Source of the DNA: Nemertoderma westbladi
Lineage: Eukaryota > Animalia > Xenacoelomorpha
Direction: 5' to 3'
Length of the DNA: 50,133 nucleotides
Assembly (NCBI GenBank): GCA_032718475.1
Contig: JAUCBJ010000796.1
Coordinates: forward strand, 1 to 50,133
Part shown: piece after piece, positions 1 to 12,455 of the stretch
Position numbering within the stretch: the first letter of the stretch is position 1
Layout: each line of letters begins with the position of its first letter
Program-made: the position numbers and the translations under genes
Notes under the pieces: generated by a model
Told to the model about the DNA's origin: nothing
Databases searched by the model: none
Seen by the model: only the letters and a program-made list of their open reading frames with translations

Positions 1-564
1 CTATGGTCAGGTAGAATTTCTTCTGCAAAGTGTCAGTTAGAACAGAGTGGTTACGATGATGCAATAGCCAATAACTGCTGTTATAATTTCCTGCTTACTG
101 ACCAGTAGTAATTTGTCCGATAACAAAACAACTGCAGAATAATGCAATTTTACCTCAAAGACGCATTCATGCAAGTATCAAGTAAATGTGTAAAAAATCA
201 GCCTCGAGATAGCCTTTACAATTCATGTTCACGGGCTCAGGATGGTCTGCATCATATAGATGCACGCACATGATAGAGTCAAGATCCAACTTGTAGGATG
301 GCGGACTGACGACCTGCTAGGCCTACCTCGCTAGCCCTGATGCGATTTAATGACGTCGAAACTATGATGGTGTTCGTCACCGTCACTGGGTTGTAAAAAG
401 TGGGTTTTTCTTTATATCCAATATTCCAGCCACCCCGGCCGTCTTTAGAGATTCATTAATAAAATTTATACAAAATACAATTTACAGAAGGCAATAAAAC
501 TGTAAAATACAGACAAATATAGCACCAACACAAGTAATAAACAGAAGAGCTACTGCCTTGCTAG

Positions 565-1040
565 CATTGTTTAAACGGGATCCCGATCCCGTAAAACCGG
601 GATCCCGATCCCGTAAAACCGGGATCCCGATCCCGTAATACCGGGATCCCGATCCCGTAAAACCGGGATCCCGGTGAAAAATGTAACCCCGGTCCCGACC
701 TTTGAATTGGAACGAGATTCCGAAGTATAAATAGGTAAGTAAATTTCTTTAATATCCGATAAATAGTTCCAGCTGAAAGGAAATGTTTAAATTTAAATGA
801 TTATATTGAATTTTTGTCAGTAGGCCTAAACAAACCCAGTAATCAATCGCAAAATAATTTTAATATAACTTTATCTTACTAATATTTCAGAAGTAAAAGA
901 TAAAGTGACAGTTACCCAAAACCTGCAACATATGCTAATAACTTTAATGGATTTTATCCAAAATTGCAATCCTTATCCCGAGTGGTAATCCCGGTCCCGA
1001 TCGCGGAAATACCAAAAAGTCTGTTCCCGTTTAAGCACTA
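565..1040. mobile_element. Non-autonomous hAT-like MITE with internal 22-bp CGGGATCCCG-containing tandem repeats
   Basis: Imperfect 16-bp TIRs (CATTGTTTAAACGGGA at 565; TCCCGTTTAAGCACTA ending 1040). Degenerate 8-bp TSD CTTGCTAG (557-564) / CTTCCAAG (1041-1048). About 4 copies of CGGGATCCCGATCCCGTAAAAC at ~576-672. An 8-bp TSD with YAGTG-like ends is typical of hAT. Confidence 0.6.
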
Positions 1041-1692
1041 CTTCCAAGGCACCCCATTTGCCAATCAAGAAATAGTGCAAATAGGCCTAGTTGTTTTAAG
1101 GGATCCTCCGAAAATATTTCGCGAATGAAAACGGTATTCCAGAATAAAGGGAAATTTATAGATATTTTTAAAGAAAACAATATTATTATTGATTATAATA
1201 ATTACAAATACGGGTAAGAATAACAATTCCCCTATACCAATCAATCAATCAATCGATAAATCAATTATTCATTTAAATTAACCACCATTAGTTTGTGCAG
1301 TATGATGATATTAGGCTCATGCGAACCGCAAGGGCCGATATAGTGGGGGAAGGAGGCGGTAAGAAATTCTAAATCATAATTCATAACAGAATTCAACTTT
1401 TAAAATCTCTCGGATACTAATAAAGTTGGAAAACACTGGTAAAAACATAATAAAATATAGTGAAAACACTCTATAACAACATGAACTTAGAAAAACTAAA
1501 CATCAGCAGGACCATTAACCTATATAATGCACAAAATTGTTATTTATAAACGTACACCTCGCCCAGCACACCATTGGAAATATACTAAAACCTGGAAAGC
1601 AGGGAAACTAATGATCAGGGAGATATTCAACCTACTGTATATTCTGCTTAAAATATGCCGCATAGAATGAAAGAAACTACTCAGTAAACAAG

Positions 1693-1795
1693 GGTACCTT
1701 GGCATCCAAGGATCATTATTCAGACTCTGGTACCTTGGCATCCAAGGATCATTATTCAGACTCTGGTACCTTGGCATCCAAGGATCATTATTCAG
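1693..1795. repeat. 36-bp tandem repeat, ~2.9 copies
   Basis: Unit GGTACCTTGGCATCCAAGGATCATTATTCAGACTCT starts at 1693, 1729 and 1765; each has a CCTTGG-CAT-CCAAGG hairpin. Explains the repetitive 1544..1777 ORF. Confidence 0.9.
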
Positions 1796-1978
1796 TGTTT
1801 CCCAGGAGGTTTGCAGAGTATGCCCTATGTTTTTGTATGTGTGCTGATCGTGGAGTACATTTATGTATACCGTTTTAGAGCAGTTGTAGGTGACATTTAC
1901 CGGTGATAATTACTTTCACTATTTTCCATGTGTTTTTCTTTTTCTTACGTTTTACTTTTCTAGTGTTTTATAACTATT

Positions 1979-2558
1979 TACATACTTGTGTGTAAAGTAG
2001 CACTTTACAGTGTGATGATCCGAGTGGCTTTGTTACACGAACGAACGTTAGTGAGTGAGTGAATATAACGCCACGAGGATCAGAACACTGTAATGTACTT
2101 TGCAACAAGTATGTATGTAGTTTTATTCCAAAATTTTAACATTACGAAATGATTGTACATATCCATTATAAGTGATAGAAACTGCACAAATTATATTAGT
2201 TGGTGTATAAATAAATGTAAAAATTACATAAATTATGTTATAAATACATAAGTTAGCTTATATTTATGGTGGCGTTTGGAGCCGTTACAATAATATAGCT
2301 AGGCCCTACTGGTTATTAATAGCTATACCCCACATACCGGTATGTAATGCAGTAGGCCTATTGTTTACGTGGTAACCAATGACGGCGTTAAGTAATGTCC
2401 CCGTAGTGGACATTACTTAACTGATAACACCAAATACAATACTAAATGTACAGGCCAATACAATGATGTAATGTCCTCTAAACTTGTAAAGTGCTAAATA
2501 ACAACTCGCTGTTAATACTAACGGCGTTGAGTAATGTTACAATTTTGGAATAAAAACT
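1979..2558. mobile_element. Non-autonomous hairpin-ended dispersed DNA element, family A (possibly Crypton-like)
   Basis: Long imperfect hairpin 1979-2115 centred on ACGAACGTTAGTGAGT, then a 15-bp inverted repeat TTTTATTCCAAAATT (2121-2135) / AATTTTGGAATAAAA (2541-2555). A diverged copy spans the Gypsy insertion site (~4430-4463 + 15942-16050). Superfamily assignment is inference only. Confidence 0.5.
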
Positions 2559-2883
2559 TTTTATCTATCCCATCAAAAGTTCCACTCAACTATTGCGGTT
2601 CTAATATCTAATATCCTAATACCTAATATCAGCATAATCCACCCAGCAGGAGTGGTTTTTCAAAAAATCACTAATTTAAATATTGATTGGCATAGAGAAA
2701 TTGGCTCGGAGAATTATTTACTAATATTGTTTTTCTGAATCACCGTACCAAACTTCGTCAGTAAATACAGAAATAGAAACAAAATCTCCGGACATTCAGT
2801 TTTAGTAGCCTTCTCAGACACACTGTGGCTTTGGCTGGCTGCTAAATGAATGAATGCTACAATTGCTAAGCTATATGAATATG

Positions 2884-3654
2884 CTACAATTCCTTTGTGT
2901 GGCGGCAGTGGAATATATCGATAGTTGTCTCTAAGCAGCGGCGTAACTGGAAGTTTGAGTAGCCGAGTTCGCATTTAGAGCCGGGGGGTTTAAAGTAATC
3001 CAACCCGCGACCGATCTTAACGATCCAGCCGTTACTAAACCGTATCTCTCGATCGTGAATCTCAACAGAGTATTCTACGACCAACGAGACACCGTGTTCC
3101 TGCATACTACGCGAGGTGGCGTCTAAACGAACTCGTTGTCCCGACTCCCCAGTCTCGCGGCCCTCCGGTCCGGTAGTTAGGGTTACCTTGGTAACCGGCG
3201 CTATCGATACAACAAGCATCTCGCAGAAGCGGAGTAGATTAGCAGTTTGATGGACGTTGCGAATGTATGGGTCCTGTATGGCGACCCAGGTTACCGTAGA
3301 GTCCAGGAACCTACCGAAAACGCTCTCATAAGAGTAGCCACAACTATTGTTACCGATATGGATCTCTTCGTGGTATTTAGCTTCAACGTCTATCTGTTTA
3401 GCAACAACTTTAAGTTTCTCAGCTCGGTCCATATATTCCTCTATCATCTTGCGGACTCCATCCCTCTCCTTGGGTTTATCTTTGATGAGTTTAACCGCGT
3501 CCATCAGCAGTTGTATGCCTTCCTGATAGCAGAGCAGCGCCCCTGTATGGTTCCCGGAGCTATCCAGCACCACCGCGCGTTTCAGGACGCTGACAGCGCT
3601 GGATTTAACACCCGCAACTGTTGCGGCATTTACCGCGCTACTACCGCCTTCCAT
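2884..3654 (-). CDS. MITD1: MIT domain-containing protein 1 (ESCRT-III binding; N-terminal MIT plus C-terminal PLD-like domain), single coding exon
   Basis: Intact 256-aa ORF. MIT motif AVSVLKRAVVLD...ALLCYQEGIQLLM...EYMDRAEKLK; C-terminal DPYIR...NLLRFCEMLV and HDREIRFSNGWIVKIGRGLDYF, characteristic of MITD1. Confidence 0.93.
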   Translation of the reverse strand: MEGGSSAVNAATVAGVKSSAVSVLKRAVVLDSSGNHTGALLCYQEGIQLLMDAVKLIKDKPKERDGVRKMIEEYMDRAEKLKVVAKQIDVEAKYHEEIHIGNNSCGYSYESVFGRFLDSTVTWVAIQDPYIRNVHQTANLLRFCEMLVVSIAPVTKVTLTTGPEGRETGESGQRVRLDATSRSMQEHGVSLVVEYSVEIHDREIRFSNGWIVKIGRGLDYFKPPGSKCELGYSNFQLRRCLETTIDIFHCRHTKEL

Positions 3655-4065
3655 TTAGCTATTTGTCTTATGTTATGAATTAAACAATCAATCAATCAAC
3701 CATGTTAATAAATAAATAGTTACCGGCAGACCGGACAGCCGGATATCTAATAGTTGAAGGAGAACCCCTCACCGTACTGCGGTATGTCGGTACCGGTATG
3801 TCACACGCCACAACAGTTAACAGATTAGTTCACTGTTTACATTTAACGGCGTATCATCAACACGTCACGCTGGATAAGTGGATAGTGTAAAATTACGTTT
3901 TATATTTTTTTTATGTTAGCGCAATGAATTTTTGCAATATTGTAAGTACTGTACTGTATTCGTAACCAAAGAACCAAACCAAGTAACATAAAGGACCACC
4001 CTTTGAAATAAGCTGCAAAGCTTTAGGAGTAATCCTATATGTTGTGTTGGACAATTATTAATACC

Positions 4066-4296
4066 TTTATTTACCGAGCGTCAGCGAGGTTAATAAAGGG
4101 TCGAGAGAATATGGGAAAAATGTTTTATTTTTTTATTTTTGCTTTTTTTTCCCCATGTAATACATAATTTTATTCTTATTGATAGCCTACTTTTTTGTTG
4201 CTTAATTCTTTAATCCAATATTGGATATTGAGTTAGGTTTTGGAGTACGCCTTGCATACACTAAAGTTGGAATAACTTTTGAGTTTGTGAATTGAC
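4066..4296. repeat. Fragment of dispersed hairpin-type element, family B; inverted homolog of 29790-30011
   Basis: TTTATTTACCGAGCGTCAGCGAGGTTAATAAAGGGTCGAGAGAATA...AAGTTGGAATAACTTTTGAGT matches the reverse complement of ~29790-30011. Confidence 0.75.
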
Positions 4297-4463
4297 ACAC
4301 TCTGAATGTGCCTTACATTTATTATCAGATTATATTTACTTAAATTAAACAAAAGTAACCAGCAAAAGTACACAGCATATTAGACAGAGTCTTTCCTCAA
4401 ATATTATTAAAAATATAATAATTTACTTATGTACATACTTGCGTACGAATAACGCATACATAA

Positions 4464-4764
4464 TGTTAGATTATGTATTGTTAGGGCTCTAGTAGACCCT
4501 GGCTTGGTGGTGGTTAGATCCAACCTACTGGTCTTTTACCTACCGGTCCTCTTCTGGTATTCCGGTATTCAGTCTTTCCTATCTTCTAGGTCTGTAGGTA
4601 CAGTAACCGTTACCGGTACCTACTGTACTGCTGTACTGATGTGCTGTAAGGTGGTGGGTGTGTTCGTTGGTCTGTTGGTTCATATTATTGTTTGATATGC
4701 TGTTCTGTATGTCGACCATTAATAAACTGATGCAGCTGGTATTCATTTATTTCCGATCCCAATA
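4464..4764 (+). repeat. Gypsy 5' LTR
   Basis: TGTTAG...CCCAATA; direct repeat of 15636-15936 with mismatches at 4665 (C/T) and 4735 (G/C); contains AATAAA at 4721. Confidence 0.95.
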
Positions 4765-4775
4765 TGGCGCAGTGA
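4765..4775 (+). promoter_or_regulatory. Gypsy primer-binding site (probably tRNA-Ser type)
   Basis: TGGCGCAGTGA directly after the 5' LTR; TGG is complementary to tRNA CCA. The tRNA identity is inferred from recalled tRNA-Ser 3' ends. Confidence 0.7.
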
Positions 4776-5299
4776 TGTACTTGATGTTCCTACAACCCTA
4801 TTCAAATGGTGGACATTCCAGCGCATTCAGCAGGTCAGATAATTCAATATTATTCTACCGGTCGCCTCTACTGATTCTGATCTAGGCCTAGCTACCTACC
4901 TATACTTCCGGTGGTGTACCTACTCCAGTACTCTTCTAAACTAAGCCCTTGGGACGGACAGTGGAGTGGCTCGCGGTTATCGTTGTCGTTGTGTAGCTAC
5001 ATCGTTGGCGAAAAACACAGCGACGACGGTACATCGGCGCTGAGGACCTTGCACTGTCCGGGGGCCGTGAGGGGTAGGCAGCGACGCCCGCTAGCCTAAT
5101 TAGAAACTACCGGTACCTATTCACATTCAGCAGTCAGGCGGTATTCCAGTCTGCCAGTCCAGTATTCGATAACTACAGATTTTGGCTGATTTGCGTGCAA
5201 AAGTTTTGCACATTTTTGCAAAAATTTTTCTTTTCGGATTTTGCAAATTTTTTCGGATATTTAATTTCCTGAAATTTCTCTAATATTCAACAGTCAGAT

Positions 5300-5959
5300 A
5301 TGCCTACTAAAGCTGAACTCGAAACCGAACTGGAGGTTTTAAGAGAACAGTTGGCTGGTCGTGGTAATCCTGATCCCACCTCAGCTCTTCTACATGCTTT
5401 AGTTAAATCACAACGCGATTTGGCTGATTCCTTAGCACAATCCCAAGCCCAAAATGCCCATCAATTTCAACAATTACTTGGTCAACCACATCAACCTGTA
5501 GTTCATCAGGCTGACTCAACCCCTCGTAATCTTCAAATTAAAGCACCAATTGCTTTAGAACCGGATTTCAGTTTAGCAAAATTTGAAACTTGGAAGTCGG
5601 TTTGGGCAGATTATTATTCTGCATTTCAGATGGATAGAATGGCTAGGGATAGGCAAATCTGTATTTTCAGGAGTTACCTTTCTATAGGTATGCGCTCTAC
5701 ACTGGAACAAGTTATTGACATTCCTCCTGACACACATGATAATCCTTTAACAGTTCAGATGTTAATAGATTGTATTCAAAGTTATTTTCGTGGTAAACGG
5801 AATATAGCCCTTGATTGTGTTCAGTTTGATAATAGGAAACAACGTCAAAGTGAAAATTTTGATAGCTACCTGGTTGCTATTAAAGATCTTGCTCGAGATG
5901 CTGATCTATGTCGTCATTGTTTCGATCGGCGGTTGACTACTCGAATTATGTCTGGTATT
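5300..5959 (+). pseudogene. gag: Gypsy gag, N-terminal part (cut by BEL insertion)
   Basis: MPTKAELE...FDNRKQRQSENFDSYLVAIKDLARDADLC...RIMSGI. Removing the BEL element and one TSD rejoins in frame to SCEDTRSKLLALTPFP at 12456. Confidence 0.9.
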
Positions 5960-6298
5960 TGTCGTAAAATTTATACTGTATGTATAACTTTAATTGTGTA
6001 TAAGTATACCCTACTTATTCAGTTAGTCTGTAGTTGCTACCGTAATTGTGCACCGGAAGTTCCGGTACCGCTTCTGCTGTATGTATAGGCCTTTTTCTGC
6101 CGTTCAGTTGACAATGTCAGTCAATCTGCATGTGTGCTGTGCACTTCTTCAATGTTAATTACTACCTCTTACTATTTTAAATGTACGTTTTATATGACTA
6201 TGAAGAGAATTAACATTTCTTTTCCCAACGAAACACAACGCAAACCATGGGATTAACATTCCTCAAGACACTACCGTAAACGCCCCCATTCCTCGACA
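5960..6298 (+). repeat. BEL/Pao 5' LTR
   Basis: Direct repeat of 12112-12450; TG...CA ends with a 5-bp terminal inverted repeat. Confidence 0.95.
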
Positions 6299-6340
6299 TT
6301 TTGGTGCCTGGACCCGGATTGTGAAAGCGTCACTAATTCG

Positions 6341-9300
6341 ATGTCGGATACGTGGGAATCGCTACATCAACGCCGAAAAGGCCACCGTGGCTTGGCGAGG
6401 CGACTGATTAACGAAATCGAGGAGCTTATCAGACCTGATGCTCAGGTACCGGTAGCGGTAGGCCTATCCAAAAGGTATATGCAATTATGTGCACAACGTG
6501 ATAAATTAGGGAAACTTGACGAGGAAATAGAACTTCTAATCGATACCGATACCGAATCGGATTTGGAACGCGAGCTAGCCGTAGCCTCGGATTTTATGGG
6601 AGACATTTGTGACATCCTACAACGTGTGGAAAGTCGAATGCACGTCTCCTCATCCAACGTCAATTCCAACACGTCGGCTGCAAATACAACGGGTTTTTCA
6701 GCCAATCTTCGCAACGGTATGGAGTTCCACCAGAAACTTCCATAACTAAAACTTCCATTGTTTGATGGCACCGCGTTAGAATGGCCCAACTTTTGGGACC
6801 GTTTTCAGAATTCAGTCCACAACCGACCCGATTTATCCGGAGGAAATAAATTCGATTATTTAAAGGGCCAACTGAAGGGAGAAGCCTTGCAATTAATTTC
6901 GGAATTTCAACTAACCGATGAGGATTACGAGGAAGCGATTGTGTTGCTAAAGGAAACATATGGTAAACCGCATCTGATTCTGCAGGCACGTATGCATGCA
7001 ATCTTTGATTTGGAGAAACCCGCTGCAACATCGACCGATTTATCCTCATTTCGAGCAAAATACGAGGCTCATATAAGAGGTATTCAGAATTTGAATAACG
7101 ATATCGAACATTCTGGTTATGTATACGCAGCAATAATCCTCAGAAAACTACCAGCCATAGTTCGTAGTAACATTAATCGCGCATCTAAGGTAACTACATG
7201 GAATCTTCCGGAACTACGGGTAGCGTTACAAGAAGAAATCGAACAGTTGAAAGCACTCGAGAAGGAGGCCAAACTACCCACATTAAAATCGGGACAGAAT
7301 GGATCGAAATCGAATGACAAAAGTAAACATTTTAAATCGTTTAATGATAATCAATCTAGTGATTATGGTATAACCAAACCCGAAGGAACTGTTGGTTCAT
7401 TCGCCACTGGGGGAAACGTTTCCAGGTGGAATTGTTATTTATGTAAAGGTAAACATCCCGTTATTAATTGCGATAAATATATTACGGGTGAAAGTCGGAA
7501 CCAACGTTCTCACGAATTGGGTTTGTGTACAAATTGTCTCCGACCAAAGCATACAGCCTTACAATGTCGGAGTTCCGAACGATGTCGATTGTGCAATCGC
7601 CGTCATCACACGGCATTACATTTTCATAAAACTACGAATAACCCTAACCCATCCGATTCTACAGTCGCAACTATATTGGATCAATCCTCTGCAAACTGCA
7701 ACGTTGATATTAGCGGAGCTACATTGATGACCACTACGAGTCCTCAATTCGGTGGCAGTACAGTTCTTCCCACTGCTATCGTACCGATTATCTACGGTGA
7801 TAATCGAGCTTACGAAGTTCGAGCGTTAATGGACCCCGGTTCACAGCGTACATTACTTACTCGTAAAGTTGCCAATGACCTACAATTAACTGTATGTGGT
7901 CACATAAACATGAGGTTGGATGGAATTAACAAACTTGGTATCTATAAGGATTACGATATCGTAGAATTCGTTGTATCGACAGAAATTGGATTGAAACGTC
8001 TACATGCCGCTGTCGTAGACGAGTTCTCAGTCCACATATACATGCCTCAACGAACTCATATTGTCAATAAATTACTAGAACGTGGCGTTAAGCTGGCGGA
8101 TACTAGCAGCGATTCCAATAATGATTTCTCACTACTATTCGGGTCAGACCAATGCTTTAACTTTATTCCAATTGGTGAAACGATTGGCGGACTGTATATT
8201 ATTCCTTCCTTATTTGGTAATCTGTTGGCCGGTAAAATTGAACCTAACGGGGATTCAGATAATTACAACGCCATTTCCACGTTATTAATCGGCTCCAATG
8301 ACGGAGCATACGAAGACAGCGTCGACGATTTAATTAAGAAACTATGGTCATTGGATTCAATTGGAATCCAATACGAGAATATAGATGACTCGGAGGATGC
8401 TATTCTTCAGGAGTACCAGAATGGTATCAAATTCGAAAACGGCAAATACCATGCAAGGTTACCATGGAAACGCGAACATCCCACGCTTCCAACTAATTAT
8501 AATCTCGCTAAACGGCGGTTGGATAGTCTCCTGTCACGCTTATCAGACAAACCCAACCTATTACTTAACTACGGGCAAATCATCGGAGATCAATTAAGCC
8601 GAGGGTTTATTGAAACAGTTGAACCCGATCAACCCCCTGAACATATTGTGCACTATTTAGCACATCATTCGGTTGCTAAACCGCAGTCTTCGACGACACC
8701 CATTCGTGTAGTTTTTGATTGTTCGGCTAGAGGTAGTAGAAATAGCCCTAGCCTTAATGATTGTTTACATTCTGGTCCAAACCTTAACCATGAAATGGGA
8801 AATTTATTATTGCGTTTTCGTTTATATAAATTTGTAGCACTGTCCGATATAGAAAAAGCTTTTTTGCAAATTAGACTCCATACTATTGATAGGGATGCAC
8901 TCCGATTTTTATGGTTTAAAAACCCAACTGATATTAATAGTGCATCACAAATATATCGTTTCAAAGTTGTTCTTTTCGGTGCTACTTCTAGTTCATTTTT
9001 ACTAAACGCTACATTACGTCATCACATAGAAAGTTTTTCAGAAACTGATTTAGCAGAATATGTGCCTATTTTATTACGTAACCTTTACGTTGACAATTTA
9101 ATGTGTGGCAGTAACTCAGTTAGCGAAATTATTGATATGTATCATAATAGTCGCAAAATTATTGAAAGTGGTGGTTTTCCTTTGAGGGAATGGCAGTCTA
9201 ATTGTATCGAATTACAAGAAATTATCTCTGGTGACAAACTTGGACCTAAAAAACCAGATAATATTACGAGTATTTTTGGTTTATCTTGGAATATTGATTT

Positions 9301-11899
9301 AGATATTTTACAGTATCCTAATCGTGTTATAACTATCGATAATTCTAATATAACTAAACGTACTGTACTTAGCGATTCGTCTACGGTGTATGACCCATGC
9401 GGTTTTATCATCCCAGTGACTATATCTAGTAGAATTTTTATTCAATCGTTATGGAAACAAAATTATGCATGGGATGATAAATTACCTGACAATTTGTGTA
9501 CAAAGTGGAGTAAAATTGTTAACGATATTAATTTATCCCTGAGCTATACTGTGCAACGTTATTTACCTGTAGGAGATAATTGTGATCTACACGTTTTTTG
9601 TGACGCATCACTTACAGCCTATGGGGCTGTTATTTATTGTGTATCCAGTACGGATTCAAATATAATAATGGCTAAAGCAAAAGTTACCCCTGTAAATTGT
9701 AAAGAAAATAAAGCTAACAATTTGAAAATTGTGAGTAAAAGGTCACCGACATTGCCCCAACTTGAACTTACAGCGATAACTGTAGGTGCCAGATTGATGT
9801 TATACTGCAAAAATTCTTATGCAAATAATGTCATTGTAAATAAACTGTGTAAATAAACTAAACTCGCTCTAACGTGGCTAAATAAAGTAGATATAAATAG
9901 TCAATATGTGCGCAGTCGAGTGAATGCAGTAAATAAACTGCTTCCCAATGGAAATTTTTATCATTTACCTACGGATGACAATCCTAGCGATCTTCTGTCT
10001 CGTGGAGTCTCAGCGAAAATACTGCTGAACTCAACTTTATGGAGAAAGGGACCTGATTGGTTAACAAACCATGATTCCTGGCCTGACCAATCCGTCATTA
10101 GTAATTCCAAATGTTATTGTGCTGAAGAGTCAATGCGTGATTCAACCTTGATTACAACTGTGACAACAAGCCTTGGTGATGAGACTATAAATTTCCAAGC
10201 CCTACTAGTTAAGAATAACTATCGTTCTTATGTAAATATTCTTTCTTATGTGTTAAAGTTTATCCGAAAGGTGAAATCTTCTATTAAAAGGCGTAGTAAG
10301 AGTGGCGAAAAACCATCTGATAAATTTCCAATTAATTTTCCGAAAGATATACCTTCGTTACAAGTAAGCGATATCGTAAGCACTGAATTGAAATTAATTC
10401 GAAATGCTCAGCGAGAAACATACTCAAAGGAGTATTCATATCTCGAGACCAAGAGAGGACCAATACCGCACTTAGTCAGACAACTTAATCTCTGTTTAGT
10501 AAATACTATTATACGTTGCAGTGGACGTATAACATATTCCTCATTGCCTTGGGAGTGTAAACTACCGATTTTACTTCCATCGAAACATTTCCTAACCGAA
10601 CTTATTATTTCCGATTCACATTCCAGATTACACGCAGGTGTTGCAGAAACTATTGTTGATATAAGACAACGGTATTGGATACCACGTATCCGACAACGTG
10701 TTGGATCAGTTATTCGCCATTGTGTACCATGCAGGAAGGTACAAGGAAGCCCCTATATACCTCCAATCCTTCCTCCTCTTCCTAAGTATCGTTTAGAAAC
10801 ATCACGTCCATTTACAATTTGTGGAGTTGATTATACCGGCCACCTATTCGTCCGCGATACTGATGAAAAATATAAGGTCTACATTGCATTATTTACGTGC
10901 CCTGCAACTCGTGCAGTACACTTAGAACTAGTAAACGATAATTCAGCAGAGAGTTTTCTGTTTGCATTTCGTAGATTCATAAGCCGTCGCGGCACCCCGA
11001 AACGAATGATAAGCGATAATTCTTCCACTTTCGTAGCGTCTAGCAATATCTTAGCGGAACTTCATGGCCATAATAGGATTAAATCGTTCCTCTTAAGAAT
11101 GAAAATTGACTGGCAATTCATCCCAGTTGGCGCCCCCTGGTTTGGTGGATTTTGGGAAAGACTCATTGGGATTACAAAGACAACTTTAAAGAAAGTTCTT
11201 GGTTGTAATCTTATAACTCGTGATGAATTGCAAACCGTGTTAACAGAAATTGAAGCTTTAATTAATGACCGTCCATTGACCTATGTACATTCCGGAGCAG
11301 ACGATACTATTCCAATAAGTCCATCTCAACTTATTTGTGGATATAGAGTAACCACTTTGAGTCAAATTACCAATGAATCGATAGATGAAATGAAAGATGA
11401 TGAAACTTATTTGGAGAATGGTGATGGTTTAACACGACGACAAGAATGGTTACAAACAATATTAAGTTCATTTGCCAATCGATGGAGAATGGAATATCTT
11501 ACAAGTTTACGCGAATATCATCGTTGGTCTACAACTAAGAATCTGGTTATCCCTAACATTGGAGAGGTTGTTATCGTTAAGCCAATTAAAGGCAACGTAC
11601 CACGTATGCAATGGCCTCTTGGACTTATAACCGCAATTCACCCTGGGATTGATGGCAACATCAGATGCGTCACTGTGAAAACTGGTGCAGGTTATTCGAA
11701 ACGTCCCATTAAGAGACTCTATCCTTTAGAGTGTAAGATGAAGGATATCAAAGATATCATTCCTCGTTCAATATCGACAGAAATACAAGTAAATGAAACT
11801 GAAAGTAAACCTATAGTAAGTAAACGTGAAAGTGCGATTCGTGCGAAAGAATGTATTACCAAATATTACGATGATGAGAGCGAAACCGAAAGTGATTGA
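6341..11899 (+). pseudogene. BEL/Pao gag-pol polyprotein, one reading frame with two internal TAA stops
   Basis: ORFs 6341, 6758 and 9908 share one frame. Motifs: KLP*LKLPLFDG gag, three Cys/His knuckles (CYLC, CTNC, CRLC), protease LMDPGSQ, RT DIEKAF...YVDN, RNase H FCDAS, integrase GVDYTG/SDN/WER. Stops at 6743-6745 and 9854-9856. Confidence 0.93.
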
Positions 11900-12111
11900 G
11901 ATAAAATATAAAATTAACAAGAATAAATTTATTTTGAAAATTTAATTTGGGATTATTTTTTTGTTATTTATCTGTAATATCAAATATACTATACAGTACG
12001 TTATATGGTGATATTATCTTTTTTATATGCTTTATTTTGATGAAATATTGTTAATTAGTTTATATTGTAACAAGTACATGTTATGCCATTGTCAACTTAG
12101 TGGCGGGAGTG

Positions 12112-12450
12112 TGTCGTAAAATTTATACTGTATGTATAACTTTAATTGTGTATAAGTATACCCTACTTATTCAGTTAGTCTGTAGTTGCTACCGTAATTG
12201 TGCACCGGAAGTTCCGGTACCGCTTCTGCTGTATGTATAGGCCTTTTTCTGCCGTTCAGTTGACAATGTCAGTCAATCTGCATGTGTGCTGTGCACTTCT
12301 TCAATGTTAATTACTACCTCTTACTATTTTAAATGTACGTTTTATATGACTATGAAGAGAATTAACATTTCTTTTCCCAACGAAACACAACGCAAACCAT
12401 GGGATTAACATTCCTCAAGACACTACCGTAAACGCCCCCATTCCTCGACA
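12112..12450 (+). repeat. BEL/Pao 3' LTR
   Basis: Copy of 5960-6298, followed by TSD GTATT. Confidence 0.95.
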
Positions 12451-12455
12451 GTATT

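Larger units (their letters stand above)
5960..12450 (+). mobile_element. BEL/Pao LTR retrotransposon, full length, nested in Gypsy gag
   Basis: 339-bp LTRs 5960-6298 and 12112-12450, identical by eye, with TGTCG...CGACA ends. TSD GTATT (5955-5959 / 12451-12455). PBS TGGTGCCTGGACCCGGAT at 6302 (tRNA-His-like). Purine-rich tract just before 12112. Confidence 0.96.

Noticed and set aside
3247-3678. 143-aa plus-strand ORF
   Set aside because: Antisense shadow of MITD1 with no recognisable domain.
4504-4695. Identical 63-aa ORFs at 4504 and 15676
   Set aside because: Incidental ORFs within the two Gypsy LTR copies.
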